This document shows positions 25,701 through 40,700 of a stretch of 64,000 bases of DNA, one piece after another. The stretch comes from Nemertoderma westbladi (lineage: Eukaryota; Animalia; Xenacoelomorpha). Under the pieces are notes generated by a model. That model did no database searches. It had not been told where the DNA came from and saw only the letters and a list, made by a program, of their open reading frames with translations. The translations under genes and the position numbers were made by a program. The stretch spans positions 12,049-76,048 of the forward strand of contig JAUCBJ010001812.1 in the NCBI GenBank assembly GCA_032718475.1. The letters run 5' to 3'. Numbering within the stretch: the first letter of the stretch is position 1; every line of letters starts with the position of its first letter.

Positions 25701-28700
25701 GAATGCAATTAATCTAGATAGAATAAACTCCGAAGTAAATAGTGCTGAATGGAATGCAATTAATTTAGGTAGAATAAAGTCCGAAGTAGATAGTGCTGAA
25801 TGGAATGCAATTAATTTAGGTAGAATAAACTCCGAAGTAGATAGTGCTGAATGGAATGCAATTAATTTAGGTAGAATAAAGTCCGAAGTAGATAGTGCTG
25901 AATGGAATGCAATTAATTTAGGTAGAATAAAGTCCGAAGTAGATAGTGCTGAATGGAATGCAATTAATTTAGGTAGAATAAAGTCCGATTAGATAGTGCT
26001 GAATGGAATACAATTAATTTAGGTAGAATAAAGTCCGAAGTAGATAGTGCTGAATGGAATGCAATTAATTTAGGTAGAATAAAGTCCGATTAGATAGTGC
26101 TGAATGGAATGCAATTAATCTAGATAGAATAAACTCCGAAGTAAATAGTGCTGAATGGAATGCAATTAATTTAGGTAGAATAAACTCCGAAGTAGATAGT
26201 GCTGAATGGAATGCAATTAATCTAGATAGAATAAACTCCGAAGTAAATAGTGCTGAATGGAATGCAATTAATTTAGGTAGAATAAAGTCCGAAGTAGATA
26301 GTGCTGAATGGAATGCAATTAATTTAGGTAGAATAAAGTCCGATTAGATAGTGCTGAATGGAATGCAATTAATCTAGATAGAATAAACTCCGAAGTAAAT
26401 AGTGCTGAATGGAATGCAATTAATTTAGGTAGAATAAACTCCGAAGTAGATAGTGCTGAATGGAATGCAATTAATCTAGATAGAATAAACTCCGAAGTAA
26501 ATAGTGCTGAATGGAATGCAATTAATTTAGGTAGAATAAAGTCCGAAGTAGATAGTGCTGAATGGAATGCAATTAATTTAGGTAGAATAAAGTCCGATTA
26601 GATAGTGCTGAATGGAATGCAATTAATTTAGGTAGAATAAAGTCCGATTAGATAGTGCTGAATGGAATGCAATTAATTTAGGTAGAATAAAGTCCGATTA
26701 GATAGTGCTGAATGGAATGCAATTAATCTAGATAGAATAAACTCCGAAGTAGATAGTGCTGAATGGAATGCAATTAATTTAGGTAGAATAAAGTCCGATT
26801 AGATAGTGCTGAATGGAATGCAATTAATCTAGATAGAATAAAGTCCGAAGTAGATAGTGTTGAATGGAATGCAATTAATTTAGGTAGAATAAAGTCCGAT
26901 TAGATAGTGCTGAATGGAATGCAATTAATCTAGATAGAATAAACTCCGAAGTAAATAGTGCTGAATGGAATGCAATTAATCTAGATAGAATAAAGTCCGA
27001 TTAGATAGTGCTGAATGGAATGCAATTAATTTAGGTAGAATAAAGTCCGAAGTAGATAGTGCTGAATGGAATGCAATTAATCTAGATAGAATAAACTCCG
27101 AAGTAGATAGTGCTGAATGGAATGCAATTAATCTAGGTAGAATAAAGTCCGAAGTAGATAGTGTTGAATGGAATGCAATTAATCTAGATAGAATAAACTC
27201 CGAAGTAAATAGTGCTGAATGGAATGCAATTAATTTAGGTAGAATAAAGTCCGAAGTAGATAGTGTTGAATGGAATGCAATTAATTTAGGTAGAATAAAG
27301 TCCGAAGTAGATAGTGTTGAATGGAATGCAATTAATTTAGGTAGAATAAAGTCCGATTAGATAGTGCTGAATGGAATGCAATTAATCTAGATAGAATAAA
27401 CTCCGAAGTAAATAGTGCTGAATGGAATGCAATTAATCTAGATAGAATAAACTCCGAAGTAAATAGTGCTGAATGGAATGCAATTAATCTAGATAGAATA
27501 AAGTCCGAAGTAGATAGTGTTGAATGGAATGCAATTAATTTAGGTAGAATAAAGTCCGATTAGATAGTGCTGAATGGAATGCAATTAATCTAGATAGAAT
27601 AAACTCCGAAGTAAATAGTGCTGAATGGAATGCAATTAATTTAGGTAGAATAAACTCCGAAGTAAATAGTGCTGAATGGAATGCAATTAATTTAGGTAGA
27701 ATAAAGTCCGAAGTAGATAGTGCTGAATGGAATGCAATTAATTTAGGTAGAATAAAGTCCGATTAGATAGTGCTGAATGGAATGCAATTAATCTAGATAG
27801 AATAAACTCCGAAGTAGATAGTGCTGAATGGAATGCAATTAATTTAGGTAGAATAAAGTCCGATTAGATAGTGCTGAATGGAATGCAATTAATCTAGATA
27901 GAATAAAGTCCGAAGTAGATAGTGCTGAATGGAATGCAATTAATTTAGGTAGAATAAAGTCCGATTAGATAGTGCTGAATGGAATGCAATTAATCTAGAT
28001 AGAATAAACTCCGAAGTAAATAGTGCTGAATGGAATGCAATTAATCTAGATAGAATAAACTCCGAAGTAAATAGTGCTGAATGGAATGCAATTAATTTAG
28101 GTAGAATAAAGTCCGAAGTAGATAGTGCTGAATGGAATGCAATTAATTTAGGTAGAATAAAGTCCGATTAGATAGTGCTGAATGGAATGCAATTAATCTA
28201 GATAGAATAAACTCCGAAGTAGATAGTGCTGAATGGAATGCAATTAATTTAGGTAGAATAAAGTCCGATTAGATAGTGCTGAATGGAATGCAATTAATCT
28301 AGATAGAATAAAGTCCGAAGTAGATAGTGCTGAATGGAATGCAATTAATCTAGATAGAATAAACTCCGAAGTAAATAGTGCTGAATGGAATGCAATTAAT
28401 TTAGGTAGAATAAACTCCGAAGTAGATAGTGCTGAATGGAATACAATTAATTTAGATAGAATAAAGTCCGAAGTAGATAGTGCTGAATGGAATGCAATTA
28501 ATTTAGGTAGAATAAAGTCCGAAGTAGATAGTGCTGAATGGAATGCAATTAATTTAGATAGAATAAAGTCCGAAGTAGATAGTGCTGAATGGAATGCAAT
28601 TAATCTAGATAGAATAAACTCCGAAGTAAATAGTGCTGAATGGAATGCAATTAATTTAGGTAGAATAAACTCCGAAGTAGATAGTGCTGAATGGAATACA

Positions 28701-31700
28701 ATTAATTTAGATAGAATAAAGTCCGAAGTAGATAGTGCTGAATGGAATGCAATTAATCTAGATAGAATAAACTCCGAAGTAAATAGTGCTGAATGGAATG
28801 CAATTAATTTAGGTAGAATAAAGTCCGAAGTAGATAGTGCTGAATGGAATGCAATTAATTTAGGTAGAATAAAGTCCGATTAGATAGTGCTGAATGGAAT
28901 GCAATTAATCTAGATAGAATAAACTCCGAAGTAAATAGTGCTGAATGGAATGCAATTAATTTAGGTAGAATAAACTCCGAAGTAGATAGTGCTGAATGGA
29001 ATACAATTAATTTAGATAGAATAAAGTCCGAAGTAGATAGTGCTGAATGGAATGCAATTAATCTAGATAGAATAAACTCCGAAGTAAATAGTGCTGAATG
29101 GAATGCAATTAATTTAGGTAGAATAAAGTCCGAAGTAGATAGTGCTGAATGGAATGCAATTAATCTAGATAGAATAAAGTCCGATTAGATAGTGCTGAAT
29201 GGAATGCAATTAATCTAGATAGAATAAAGTCCGATTAGATAGTGCTGAATGGAATGCAATTAATTTAGGTAGAATAAAGTCCGATTAGATAGTGCTGAAT
29301 GGAATGCAATTAATCTAGATAGAATAAACTCCGAAGTAAATAGTGCTGAATGGAATGCAATTAATTTAGGTAGAATAAACTCCGAAGTAGATAGTGCTGA
29401 ATGGAATACAATTAATTTAGATAGAATAAAGTCCGAAGTAGATAGTGCTGAATGGAATGCAATTAATCTAGATAGAATAAACTCCGAAGTAAATAGTGCT
29501 GAATGGAATGCAATTAATTTAGGTAGAATAAAGTCCGAAGTAGATAGTGCTGAATGGAATGCAATTAATCTAGATAGAATAAAGTCCGATTAGATAGTGC
29601 TGAATGGAATGCAATTAATCTAGATAGAATAAAGTCCGATTAGATAGTGCTGAATGGAATGCAATTAATTTAGGTAGAGTAAAGTCCGATTAGATAGTGC
29701 TGAATGGAATGCAATTAATCTAGATAGAATAAACTCCGAAGTAAATAGTGCTGAATGGAATGCAATTAATTTAGGTAGAATAAACTCCGAAGTAGATAGT
29801 GCTGAATGGAATACAATTAATTTAGATAGAATAAAGTCCGAAGTAGATAGTGCTGAATGGAATGCAATTAATCTAGATAGAATAAAGTCCGATTAGATAG
29901 TGCTGAATGGAATGCAATTAATCTAGATAGAATAAAGTCCGATTAGATAGTGCTGAATGGAATGCAATTAATTTAGGTAGAATAAAGTCCGAGGTAGATA
30001 GTGCTGAATGGAATGCAATTAATCTAGATAGAATAAACTCCGAAGTAAATAGTGCTGAATGGAATGCAATTAATTTAGGTAGAATAAACTCCGAAGTAGA
30101 TAGTGCTGAATGGAATACAATTAATTTAGATAGAATAAAGTCCGAAGTAGATAGTGCTGAATGGAATGCAATTAATCTAGATAGAATAAACTCCGAAGTA
30201 AATAGTGCTGAATGGAATGCAATTAATTTAGGTAGAATAAACTCCGAAGTAAATAGTGCTGAATGGAATGCAATTAATTTAGGTAGAATAAAGTCCGATT
30301 AGATAGTGCTGAATGGAATGCAATTAATTTAGGTAGAATAAAGTCCGATTAGATAGTGCTGAATGGAATGCAATTAATCTAGATAGAATAAAGTCCGAAG
30401 TAGATAGTGCTGAATGGAATGCAATTAATCTAGATAGAATAAACTCCGAAGTAGATAGTGCTGAATGGAATGCAATTAATTTAGATAGAATAAAGTCCGA
30501 AGTAAATAGTGCTGAATGGAATGCAATTAATCTAGATAGAATAAAGTCCGATTAGATAGTGCTGAATGGAATGCAATTAATTTAGGTAGAATAAAGTCCG
30601 AAGTAGATAGTGCTGAATGGAATGCAATTAATTTAGGTAGAATAAAGTCCGAAGTAGATAGTGCTGAATGGAATGCAATTAATTTAGGTAGAATAAAGTC
30701 CGAAGTAGATAGTGCTGAATGGAATGCAATTAATCTAGATAGAATAAAGTCCGATTAGATAGTGCTGAATGGAATGCAATTAATTTAGGTAGAATAAAGT
30801 CCGATTAGATAGTGCTGAATGGAATGCAATTAATTTAGGTAGAATAAAGTCCGATTAGATAGTGCTGAATGGAATGCAATTAATTTAGGTAGAATAAAGT
30901 CCGAAGTAGATAGTGCTGAATGGAATGCAATTAATCTAGATAGAATAAAGTCCGAAGTAGATAGTGCTGAATGGAATGCAATTAATTTAGATAGAATAAA
31001 GTCCGAAGTAGATAGTGCTGAATGGAATGCAATTAATTTAGGTAGAATAAAGTCCGATTAGATAGTGCTGAATGGAATGCAATTAATTTAGGTAGAATAA
31101 AGTCCGATTAGATAGTGCTGAATGGAATGCAATTAATTTAGGTAGAATAAAGTCCGATTAGATAGTGCTGAATGGAATGCAATTAATTTAGGTAGAATAA
31201 AGTCCGAAGTAGATAGTGCTGAATGGAATGCAATTAATCTAGATAGAATAAACTCCGAAGTAAATAGTGCTGAATGGAATGCAATTAATTTAGGTAGAAT
31301 AAAGTCCGATTAGATAGTGCTGAATGGAATGCAATTAATTTAGGTAGAATAAAGTCCGATTAGATAGTGCTGAATGGAATGCAATTAATTTAGGTAGAAT
31401 AAAGTCCGAAGTAGATAGTGCTGAATGGAATGCAATTAATCTAGATAGAATAAACTCCGAAGTAAATAGTGCTGAATGGAATGCAATTAATTTAGGTAGA
31501 ATAAAGTCCGATTAGATAGTGCTGAATGGAATGCAATTAATTTAGGTAGAATAAAGTCCGATTAGATAGTGCTGAATGGAATGCAATTAATTTAGGTAGA
31601 ATAAAGTCCGATTAGATAGTGCTGAATGGAATGCAATTAATTTAGGTAGAATAAAGTCCGATTAGATAGTGCTGAATGGAATGCAATTAATTTAGGTAGA

Positions 31701-34700
31701 ATAAAGTCCGAAGTAAATAGTGCTGAATGGAATGCAATTAATTTAGGTAGAATAAAGTCCGAAGTAGATAGTGCTGAATGGAATGCAATTAATCTAGATA
31801 GAATAAAGTCCGAAGTAGATAGTGCTGAATGGAATGCAATTAATTTAGGTAGAATAAAGTCCGAAGTAGATAGTGCTGAATGGAATACAATTAATCTAGA
31901 TAGAATAAACTCCGAAGTAGATAGCGCTGAATGGAATGCAATTAATTTAGGTAGAATAAAGTCCGAAGTAGATAGTGCTGAATGGAATGCAATTAATCTA
32001 GATAGAATAAACTCCGAAGTAGATAGCGCTGAATGGAATGCAATTAATTTAGGTAGAATAAAGTCCGAAGTAGATAGTGCTGAATGGAATACAATTAATC
32101 TAGATAGAATAAACTCCGAAGTAGATAGCGCTGAATGGAATGCAATTAATTTAGGTAGAATAAAGTCCGAAGTAGATAGTGCTGAATGGAATGCAATTAA
32201 TCTAGATAGAATAAACTCCGAAGTAGATAGCGCTGAATGGAATGCAATTAATTTAGGTAGAATAAAGTCCGAAGTAGATAGTGCTGAATGGAATACAATT
32301 AATTTAGGTAGAATAAAGTCCGAAGTAGATAGTGCTGAATGGAATGCAATTAATTTAGGTAGAATAAAGTCCGATTAGATAGTGCTGAATGGAATGCAAT
32401 TAATTTAGGTAGAATAAAGTCCGAAGTAAATAGTGCTGAATGGAATGCAATTAATTTAGGTAGAATAAAGTCCGATGTAGATAGTGCTGAATGGAATACA
32501 ATTAATTTAGGTAGAATAAAGTCCGATTAGATAGTGCTGAATGGAATGCAATTAATCTAGGTAGAATAAAGTCCGAAGTAGATAGTGCTGAATGGAATGC
32601 AATTAATCTAGATAGAATAAACTCCGAAGTAGATAGTGCTGAATGGAATGCAATTAATCTAGATAGAATAAAGTCCGAAGTAGATAGTGCTGAATGGAAT
32701 GCAATTAATTTAGGTAGAATAAACTCCGAAGTAAATAGTGCTGAATGGAATGCAATTAATCTAGATAGAATAAACTCCGAAGTAAATAGTGCTGAATGGA
32801 ATGCAATTAATTTAGGTAGAATAAACTCCGAAGTAAATAGTGCTGAATGGAATGCAATTAATTTAGGTAGAAAAAAGTCCGAAGTAGATAGTGCTGAATG
32901 GAATGCAATTAATTTAGGTAGAATAAACTCCGAAGTAAATAGTGCTGAATGGAATGCAATTAATCTAGATAGAATAAACTCCGAAGTAAATAGTGCTGAA
33001 TGGAATGCAATTAATTTAGGTAGAATAAAGTCCGAAGTAGATAGTGCTGAATGGAATGCAATTAATCTAGATAGAATAAAGTCCGAAGTAAATAGTGCTG
33101 AATGGAATGCAATTAATTTAGGTAGAATAAAGTCCGAAGTAAATAGTGCTGAATGGAATGCAATTAATTTAGGTAGAAAAAAGTCCGAAGTAGATAGTGC
33201 TGAATGGAATGCAATTAATTTAGGTAGAATAAACTCCGAAGTAAATAGTGCTGAATGGAATGCAATTAATCTAGATAGAATAAACTCCGAAGTAAATAGT
33301 GCTGAATGGAATGCAATTAATTTAGGTAGAATAAAGTCCGATGTAGATAGTGCTGAATGGAATACAATTAATCTAGATACAATAAACTCCGAAGTAGATA
33401 GTGCTGAATGGAATGCAATTAATCTAGATAGAATAAACTCCGAAGTAGATAGTGCTGAATGGAATGCAATTAATTTAGGTAGAATAAAGTCCGATTAGAT
33501 AGTGCTGAATGGAATGCAATTAATTTAGGTAGAATAAACTCCGATTAGATAGTGCTGAATGGAATGCAATTAATTTAGGTAGAATAAAGTCCGATGTAGA
33601 TAGTGCTGAATGGAATACAATTAATCTAGATACAATAAACTCCGAAGTAGATAGTGCTGAATGGAATGCAATTAATCTAGATAGAATAAACTCCGAAGTA
33701 GATAGTGCTGAATGGAATGCAATTAATTTAGGTAGAATAAAGTCCGATGTAGATAGTGCTGAATGGAATACAATTAATCTAGATACAATAAACTCCGAAG
33801 TAGATAGTGCTGAATGGAATGCAATTAATCTAGATAGAATAAACTCCGAAGTAGATAGTGCTGAATGGAATGCAATTAATTTAGGTAGAATAAAGTCCGA
33901 AGTAGATAGTGCTGAATGGAATGCAATTAATTTAGATAGAATAAAGTCCGAGGTAGATAGTGCTGAATGGAATGCAATTAATTTAGATAGAATAAAGTCC
34001 GATTAGATAGTGCTGAATGGAATGCAATTAATCTAGATAGAATAAACTCCGAAGTAAATAGTGCTGAATGGAATGCAATTAATCTAGATAGAATAAAGTC
34101 CGAAGTAGATAGTGCTGAATGGAATGCAATTAATTTAGATACAATAAAGTACGATTAGATAGTGCTGAATGGAATGCAATTAATTTAGGTAGAATAAAGT
34201 CCGATGTAGATAGTGCTGAATGGAATACAATTAATTTAGGTAGAATAAAGTCCGATTAGATAGCGCTGAATGGAATGCAATTAATCTAGATACAATAAAC
34301 TCCGAAGTAAATAATGCTGAATGGAATGCAATTAATCTAGATAGAATAAACTCCGAAGTAGATAGTGCTGAATGGAATGCAATTAATCTAGATACAATAA
34401 ACTCCGAAGTAAATAATGCTGAATGGAATGCAATTAATCTAGATAGAATAAACTCCGAAGTAGATAGTGCTGAATGGAATGCAATTAATCTAGATAGAAT
34501 AAACTCCGAAGTAGATAGTGCTGAATGGAATGCAATTAATCTAGATACAATAAACTCCGAAGTAAATAATGCTGAATGGAATGCAATTAATCTAGATAGA
34601 ATAAACTCCGAAGTAGATAGTGCTGAATGGAATGCAATTAATCTAGGTAGAATAAAGTCCGATTAGATAGTGCTGAATGGAATGCAATTAATCTAGATAG

Positions 34701-37700
34701 AATAAAGTCCGATTAGATAGTGCTGAATGGAATGCAATTAATCTAGATAGAATAAAGTCCGAAGTAGATAGTGTTGAATGGAATGCAATTAATTTAGATA
34801 GAATAAAGTCCGATTAGATAGTGCTGAATGGAATGCAATTAATCTAGATAGAATAAAGTCCGAAGTAGATAGTGCTGAATGGAATGCAATTAATTTAGAT
34901 AGAATAAAGTCCGAAGTAGATAGTGCTGAATGGAATGCAATTAATCTAGGTAGAATAAACTCCGAAGTAAATAGTGCTGAATGGAATGCAATTAATCTAG
35001 GTAGAATAAAGTCCGATTAGATAGTGCTGAATGGAATGCAATTAATCTAGATAGAATAAACTCCGAAGTAAATAGTGCTGAATGGAATGCAATTAATTTA
35101 GGTAGAATAAAGTCCGAGTAGATAGTGCTGAATGGAATGCAATTAATCTAGATAGAATAAAGTCCGAAGTAGATAGTGCTGAATGGAATGCAATTAATTT
35201 AGATACAATAAAGTACGATTAGATAGTGCTGAATGGAATGCAATTAATTTAGGTAGAATAAAGTCCGAGTAGATAGTGCTGAATGGAATGCAATTAATCT
35301 AGATAGAATAAAGTCCGAAGTAGATAGTGCTGAATGGAATGCAATTAATTTAGATACAATAAAGTACGATTAGATAGTGCTGAATGGAATGCAATTAATT
35401 TAGGTAGAATAAAGTCCGATGTAGATAGTGCTGAATGGAATACAATTAATTTAGGTAGAATAAAGTCCGATTAGATAGTGCTGAATGGAATGCAATTAAT
35501 CTAGATACAATAAACTCCGAAGTAAATAGTGCTGAATGGAATGCAATTAATCTAGATAGAATAAACTCCGAAGTAGATAGTGCTGAATGGAATGCAATTA
35601 ATCTAGGTAGAATAAAGTCCGATTAGATAGTGCTGAATGGAATGCAATTAATCTAGATAGAATAAAGTCCGATTAGATAGTGCTGAATGGAATGCAATTA
35701 ATCTAGATAGAATAAAGTCCGAAGTAGATAGTGTTGAATGGAATGCAATTAATTTAGATAGAATAAAGTCCGATTAGATAGTGCTGAATGGAATGCAATT
35801 AATCTAGGTAGAATAAACTCCGAAGTAAATAGTGCTGAATGGAATGCAATTAATTTAGGTAGAATAAAGTCCGAAGTAGATAGTGCTGAATGGAATACAA
35901 TTAATTTAGATAGAATAAAGTCCGAAGTAGATAGTGCTGAATGGAATGCAATTAATTTAGGTAGAATAAAGTGCGAAGTAGATAGTGCTGAATGGAATGC
36001 AATTAATCTAGGTAGAATAAAGTCCGATTAGATAGTGCTGAATGGAATGCAATTAATCTAGATAGAATAAACTCCGAAGTAAATAGTGCTGAATGGAATG
36101 CAATTAATCTAGGTAGAATAAAGTCCGATTAGATAGTGCTGAATGGAATGCAATTAATTTAGGTAGAATAAAGTCCGAAGTAGATAGTGCTGAATGGAAT
36201 GCAATTAATCTAGATAGAATAAACTCCGAAGTAAATAGTGCTGAATGGAATGCAATTAATCTAGGTAGAATAAAGTCCGATTAGATAGTGCTGAATGGAA
36301 TGCAATTAATCTAGGTAGAATAAACTCCGAAGTAAATAGTGCTGAATGGAATGCAATTAATTTAGGTAGAATAAAGTCCAAAGTAGATAGTGCTGAATGG
36401 AATGCAATTAATCTAGATAGAATAAAGTCCGATTAGATAGTGCTGAATGAAATGCAATTAATTTAGATACAATAAAGTCCGAAGTAGATAGTGCTGAATG
36501 GAATGCAATTAATCTAGGTAGAATAAAGTCCGATTAGATAGTGCTGAATGGAATGCAATTAATCTAGATAGAATAAACTCCGAAGTAAATAGTGCTGAAT
36601 GGAATGCAATTAATCTAGGTAGAATAAAGTCCGATTAGATAGTGCTGAATGGAATGCAATTAATCTAGGTAGAATAAACTCCGAAGTAAATAGTGCTGAA
36701 TGGAATGCAATTAATTTAGGTAGAATAAAGTCCGAAGTAGATAGTGCTGAATGGAATACAATTAATTTAGGTAGAATAAAGTCCGATTAGATAGTGCTGA
36801 ATGGAATGCAATTAATCTAGATAGAATAAACTCCGAAGTAAATAGTGCTGAATGGAATGCAATTAATTTAGGTAGAATAAAGTCCGAAGTAGATAGTGCT
36901 GAATGGAATGCAATTAATCTAGATAGAATAAACTCCGAAGTAAATAGTGCTGAATGGAATGCAATTAATCTAGATAGAATAAAGTCCGAAGTAGATAGTG
37001 CTGAATGGAATGCAATTAATCTAGATAGAATAAAGTCCGAAGTAGATAGTGCTGAACGGAATGCAATTAATTTAGGTAGAATAAACTCCGAAGTAAATAG
37101 TGCTGAATGGAATACAATTAATTTAGATAGAATAAAGTCCGATTAGATAGTGCTGAACGGAATGCAATTAATTTAGGTAGAATAAACTCCGAAGTAAATA
37201 GTGCTGAATGGAATGCAATTAATTTAGGTAGAATAAAGTCCGAAGTAGATAGTGCTGAATGGAATACAATTAATTTAGGTAGAATAAAGTCCGATTAGAT
37301 AGTGCTGAATGGAATGCAATTAATCTAGATAGAATAAACTCCGAAGTAAATAGTGCTGAATGGAATGCAATTAATTTAGGTAGAATAAAGTCCGAAGTAG
37401 ATAGTGCTGAATGGAATGCAATTAATCTAGATAGAATAAACTCCGAAGTAAATAGTGCTGAATGGAATGCAATTAATCTAGATAGAATAAAGTCCGAAGT
37501 AGATAGTGCTGAATGGAATGCAATTAATCTAGATAGAATAAAGTCCGAAGTAGATAGTGCTGAACGGAATGCAATTAATTTAGGTAGAATAAAGTCCGAA
37601 GTAGATAGTGCTGAATGGAATGCATTTAATTTAGGTAGAATAAAGTCCGAAGTAGATAGTGCTGAATGGAATGCAATTAATTTAGGTAGAATAAAGTCCG

Positions 37701-40700
37701 ATTAGATAGTGCTGAATGGAATGCAATTAATCTAGATAGAATAAACTCCGAAGTAAATAGTGCTGAATGGAATGCAATTAATTTAGGTAGAATAAAGTCC
37801 GAAGTAGATAGTGCTGAATGGAATGCAATTAATCTAGGTAGAATAAAGTCCGAAGTAGATAGTGCTGAACGGAATGCAATTAATTTAGGTAGAATAAACT
37901 CCGAAGTAAATAGTGCTGAATGGAATGCAATTAATTTAGGTAGAATAAAGTCCGATTAGATAGTGCTGAATGGAATGCAATTAATTTAGGTAGAATAAAG
38001 TCCGAAGTAGATAGTGCTGAATAGAATGCAATTAATTTAGATAGAATAAACTCCGAAGTAAATAGTGCTGAATGGAATGCAATTAATCTAGATAGAATAA
38101 ACTCCGAAGTAAATAGTGCTGAATGGAATGCAATTAATTTAGGTAGAATAAAGTCCGATGTAGATAGTGCTGAATGGAATACAATTAATTTAGGTAGAAT
38201 AAAGTCCGAAGTAGATAGTGCTGAATGGAATGCAATTAATCTAGATAGAATAAAGTCCGATTAGATAGTGCTGAATGGAATGCAATTAATCTAGATACAA
38301 TAAACTCCGAAGTAAATAGTGCTGAATGGAATGCAATTAATTTAGGTAGAATAAAGTCCGATTAGATAGTGCTGAATGGAATGCAATTAATCTAGATAGA
38401 ATAAAGTCCGATTAGATAGTGCTGAATGGAATGCAATTAATTTAGGTAGAATAAACTCCGAAGTAAATAGTGCTGAATGGAATGCAATTAATTTAGGTAG
38501 AATAAAGTCCGAAGTAGATAGTGCTGAATGGAATACAATTAATTTAGGTAGAATAAAGTCCGATTAGATAGTGCTGAATAGAATGCAATTAATTTAGATA
38601 GAATAAACTCCGAAGTAAATAGTGCTGAATGGAATGCAATTAATTTAGATAGAATAAAGTCCGAAGTAGATAGCGCTGAATGGAATGCAATTAATTTAGA
38701 TAGAATAAAGTCCGAAGTAGATAGTGCTGAATGGAATGCAATTAATCTAGATAGAATAAACTCCGAAGTAAATAGTGCTGAATGGAATGCAATTAATTTA
38801 GGTAGAATAAAGTCCGAAGTAGATAGTGCTGAATGGAATACAATTAATTTAGGTAGAATAAAGTCCGATTAGATAGTGCTGAATGGAATGCAATTAATCT
38901 AGATAGAATAAACTCCGAAGTAAATAGTGTTGAATGGAATGCAATTAATTTAGGTAGAATAAAGTCCGAAGTAGATAGATAGTGCTGAATGGAATGCAAT
39001 TAATTTAGATAGAATAAAGTCCGAAGTAGATAGTGCTGAACGGAATGCAATTAATTTAGGTAGAATAAAGTCCGAAGTAGATAGTGCTGAATGGAATGCA
39101 ATTAATTTAGGTAGAATAAAGTCCGAAGTAGATAGTGCTGAATGGAATGCAATTAATCTAGATAGAATAAACTCCGAAGTAAATAGTGTTGAATGGAATG
39201 CAATTAATTTAGGTAGAATAAAGTCCGAAGTAGATAGTGCTGAATGGAATGCAATTAATCTAGATAGAATAAACTCCGAAGTAAATAGTGCTGAATGGAA
39301 TGCAATTAATTTAGGTAGAATAAAGTCCGAAGTAGATAGTGCTGAACGGAATGCAATTAATTTAGGTAGAATAAAGTCCGAAGTAGATAGTGCTGAATGG
39401 AATGCAATTAATTTAGGTAGAATAAAGTCCGAAGTAGATAGTGCTGAATGGAATGCAATTAATCTAGATAGAATAAACTCCGAAGTAAATAGTGTTGAAT
39501 GGAATGCAATTAATTTAGGTAGAATAAAGTCCGAAGTAGATAGTGCTGAACGGAATGCAATTAATTTAGGTAGAATAAAGTCCGAAGTAGATAGTGCTGA
39601 ATGGAATGCAATTAATCTAGATAGAATAAACTCCGAAGTAAATAGTGCTGAATGGAATGCAATTAATCTAGATAGAATAAAGTCCGATTAGATAGTGCTG
39701 AATGGAATGCAATTAATCTAGATAGAATAAAGTCCGAAGTAGATAGTGCTGAATGGAATGCAATTAATCTAGATAGAATAAAGTCCGAAGTAGATAGTGC
39801 TGAATGGAATGCAATTAATTTAGGTAGAATAAAGTCCGAAGTAGATAGTGCTGAATGGAATGCAATTAATCTAGATAGAATAAAGTCCGAAGTAGATAGT
39901 GTTGAATGGAATGCAATTAATCTAGATAGAATAAAGTCCGAAGTAGATAGTGCTGAATGGAATGCAATTAATTTAGGTAGAATAAAGTCCGAAGTAGATA
40001 GTGCTGAATGGAATGCAATTAATTTAGGTAGAATAAAGTCCGAAGTAGATAGTGCTGAATGGAATGCAATTAATTTAGGTAGAATAAACTCCGAAGTAAA
40101 TAGTGCTGAATGGAATGCAATTAATTTAGGTAGAATAAAGTCCGAAGTAGATAGTGCTGAATGGAATACAATCAATCTAGATAGAATAAAGTCCGATTAG
40201 ATAGTGCTGAATGGAATGCAATTAATCTAGATAGAATAAAGTCCGAAGTAGATAGTGCTGAATGGAATGCAATTAATCTAGATAGAATAAAGTCCGAAGT
40301 AGATAGTGCTGAATGGAATGCAATTAATTTAGGTAGAATAAAGTCCGAAGTAGATAGTGCTGAATGGAATGCAATTAATCTAGATAGAATAAAGTCCGAA
40401 GTAGATAGTGTTGAATGGAATGCAATTAATCTAGATAGAATAAAGTCCGAAGTAGATAGTGCTGAATGGAATGCAATTAATTTAGGTAGAATAAAGTCCG
40501 AAGTAGATAGTGCTGAATGGAATGCAATTAATTTAGGTAGAATAAAGTCCGAAGTAGATAGTGCTGAATGGAATGCAATTAATCTAGATACAATAAAGTC
40601 CGAAGTAGATAGTGCTGAATGGAATGCAATTAATCTAGATACAATAAAGTCCGAAGTAGATAGTGCTGAATGGAATGCAATTAATCTAGATAGAATAAAG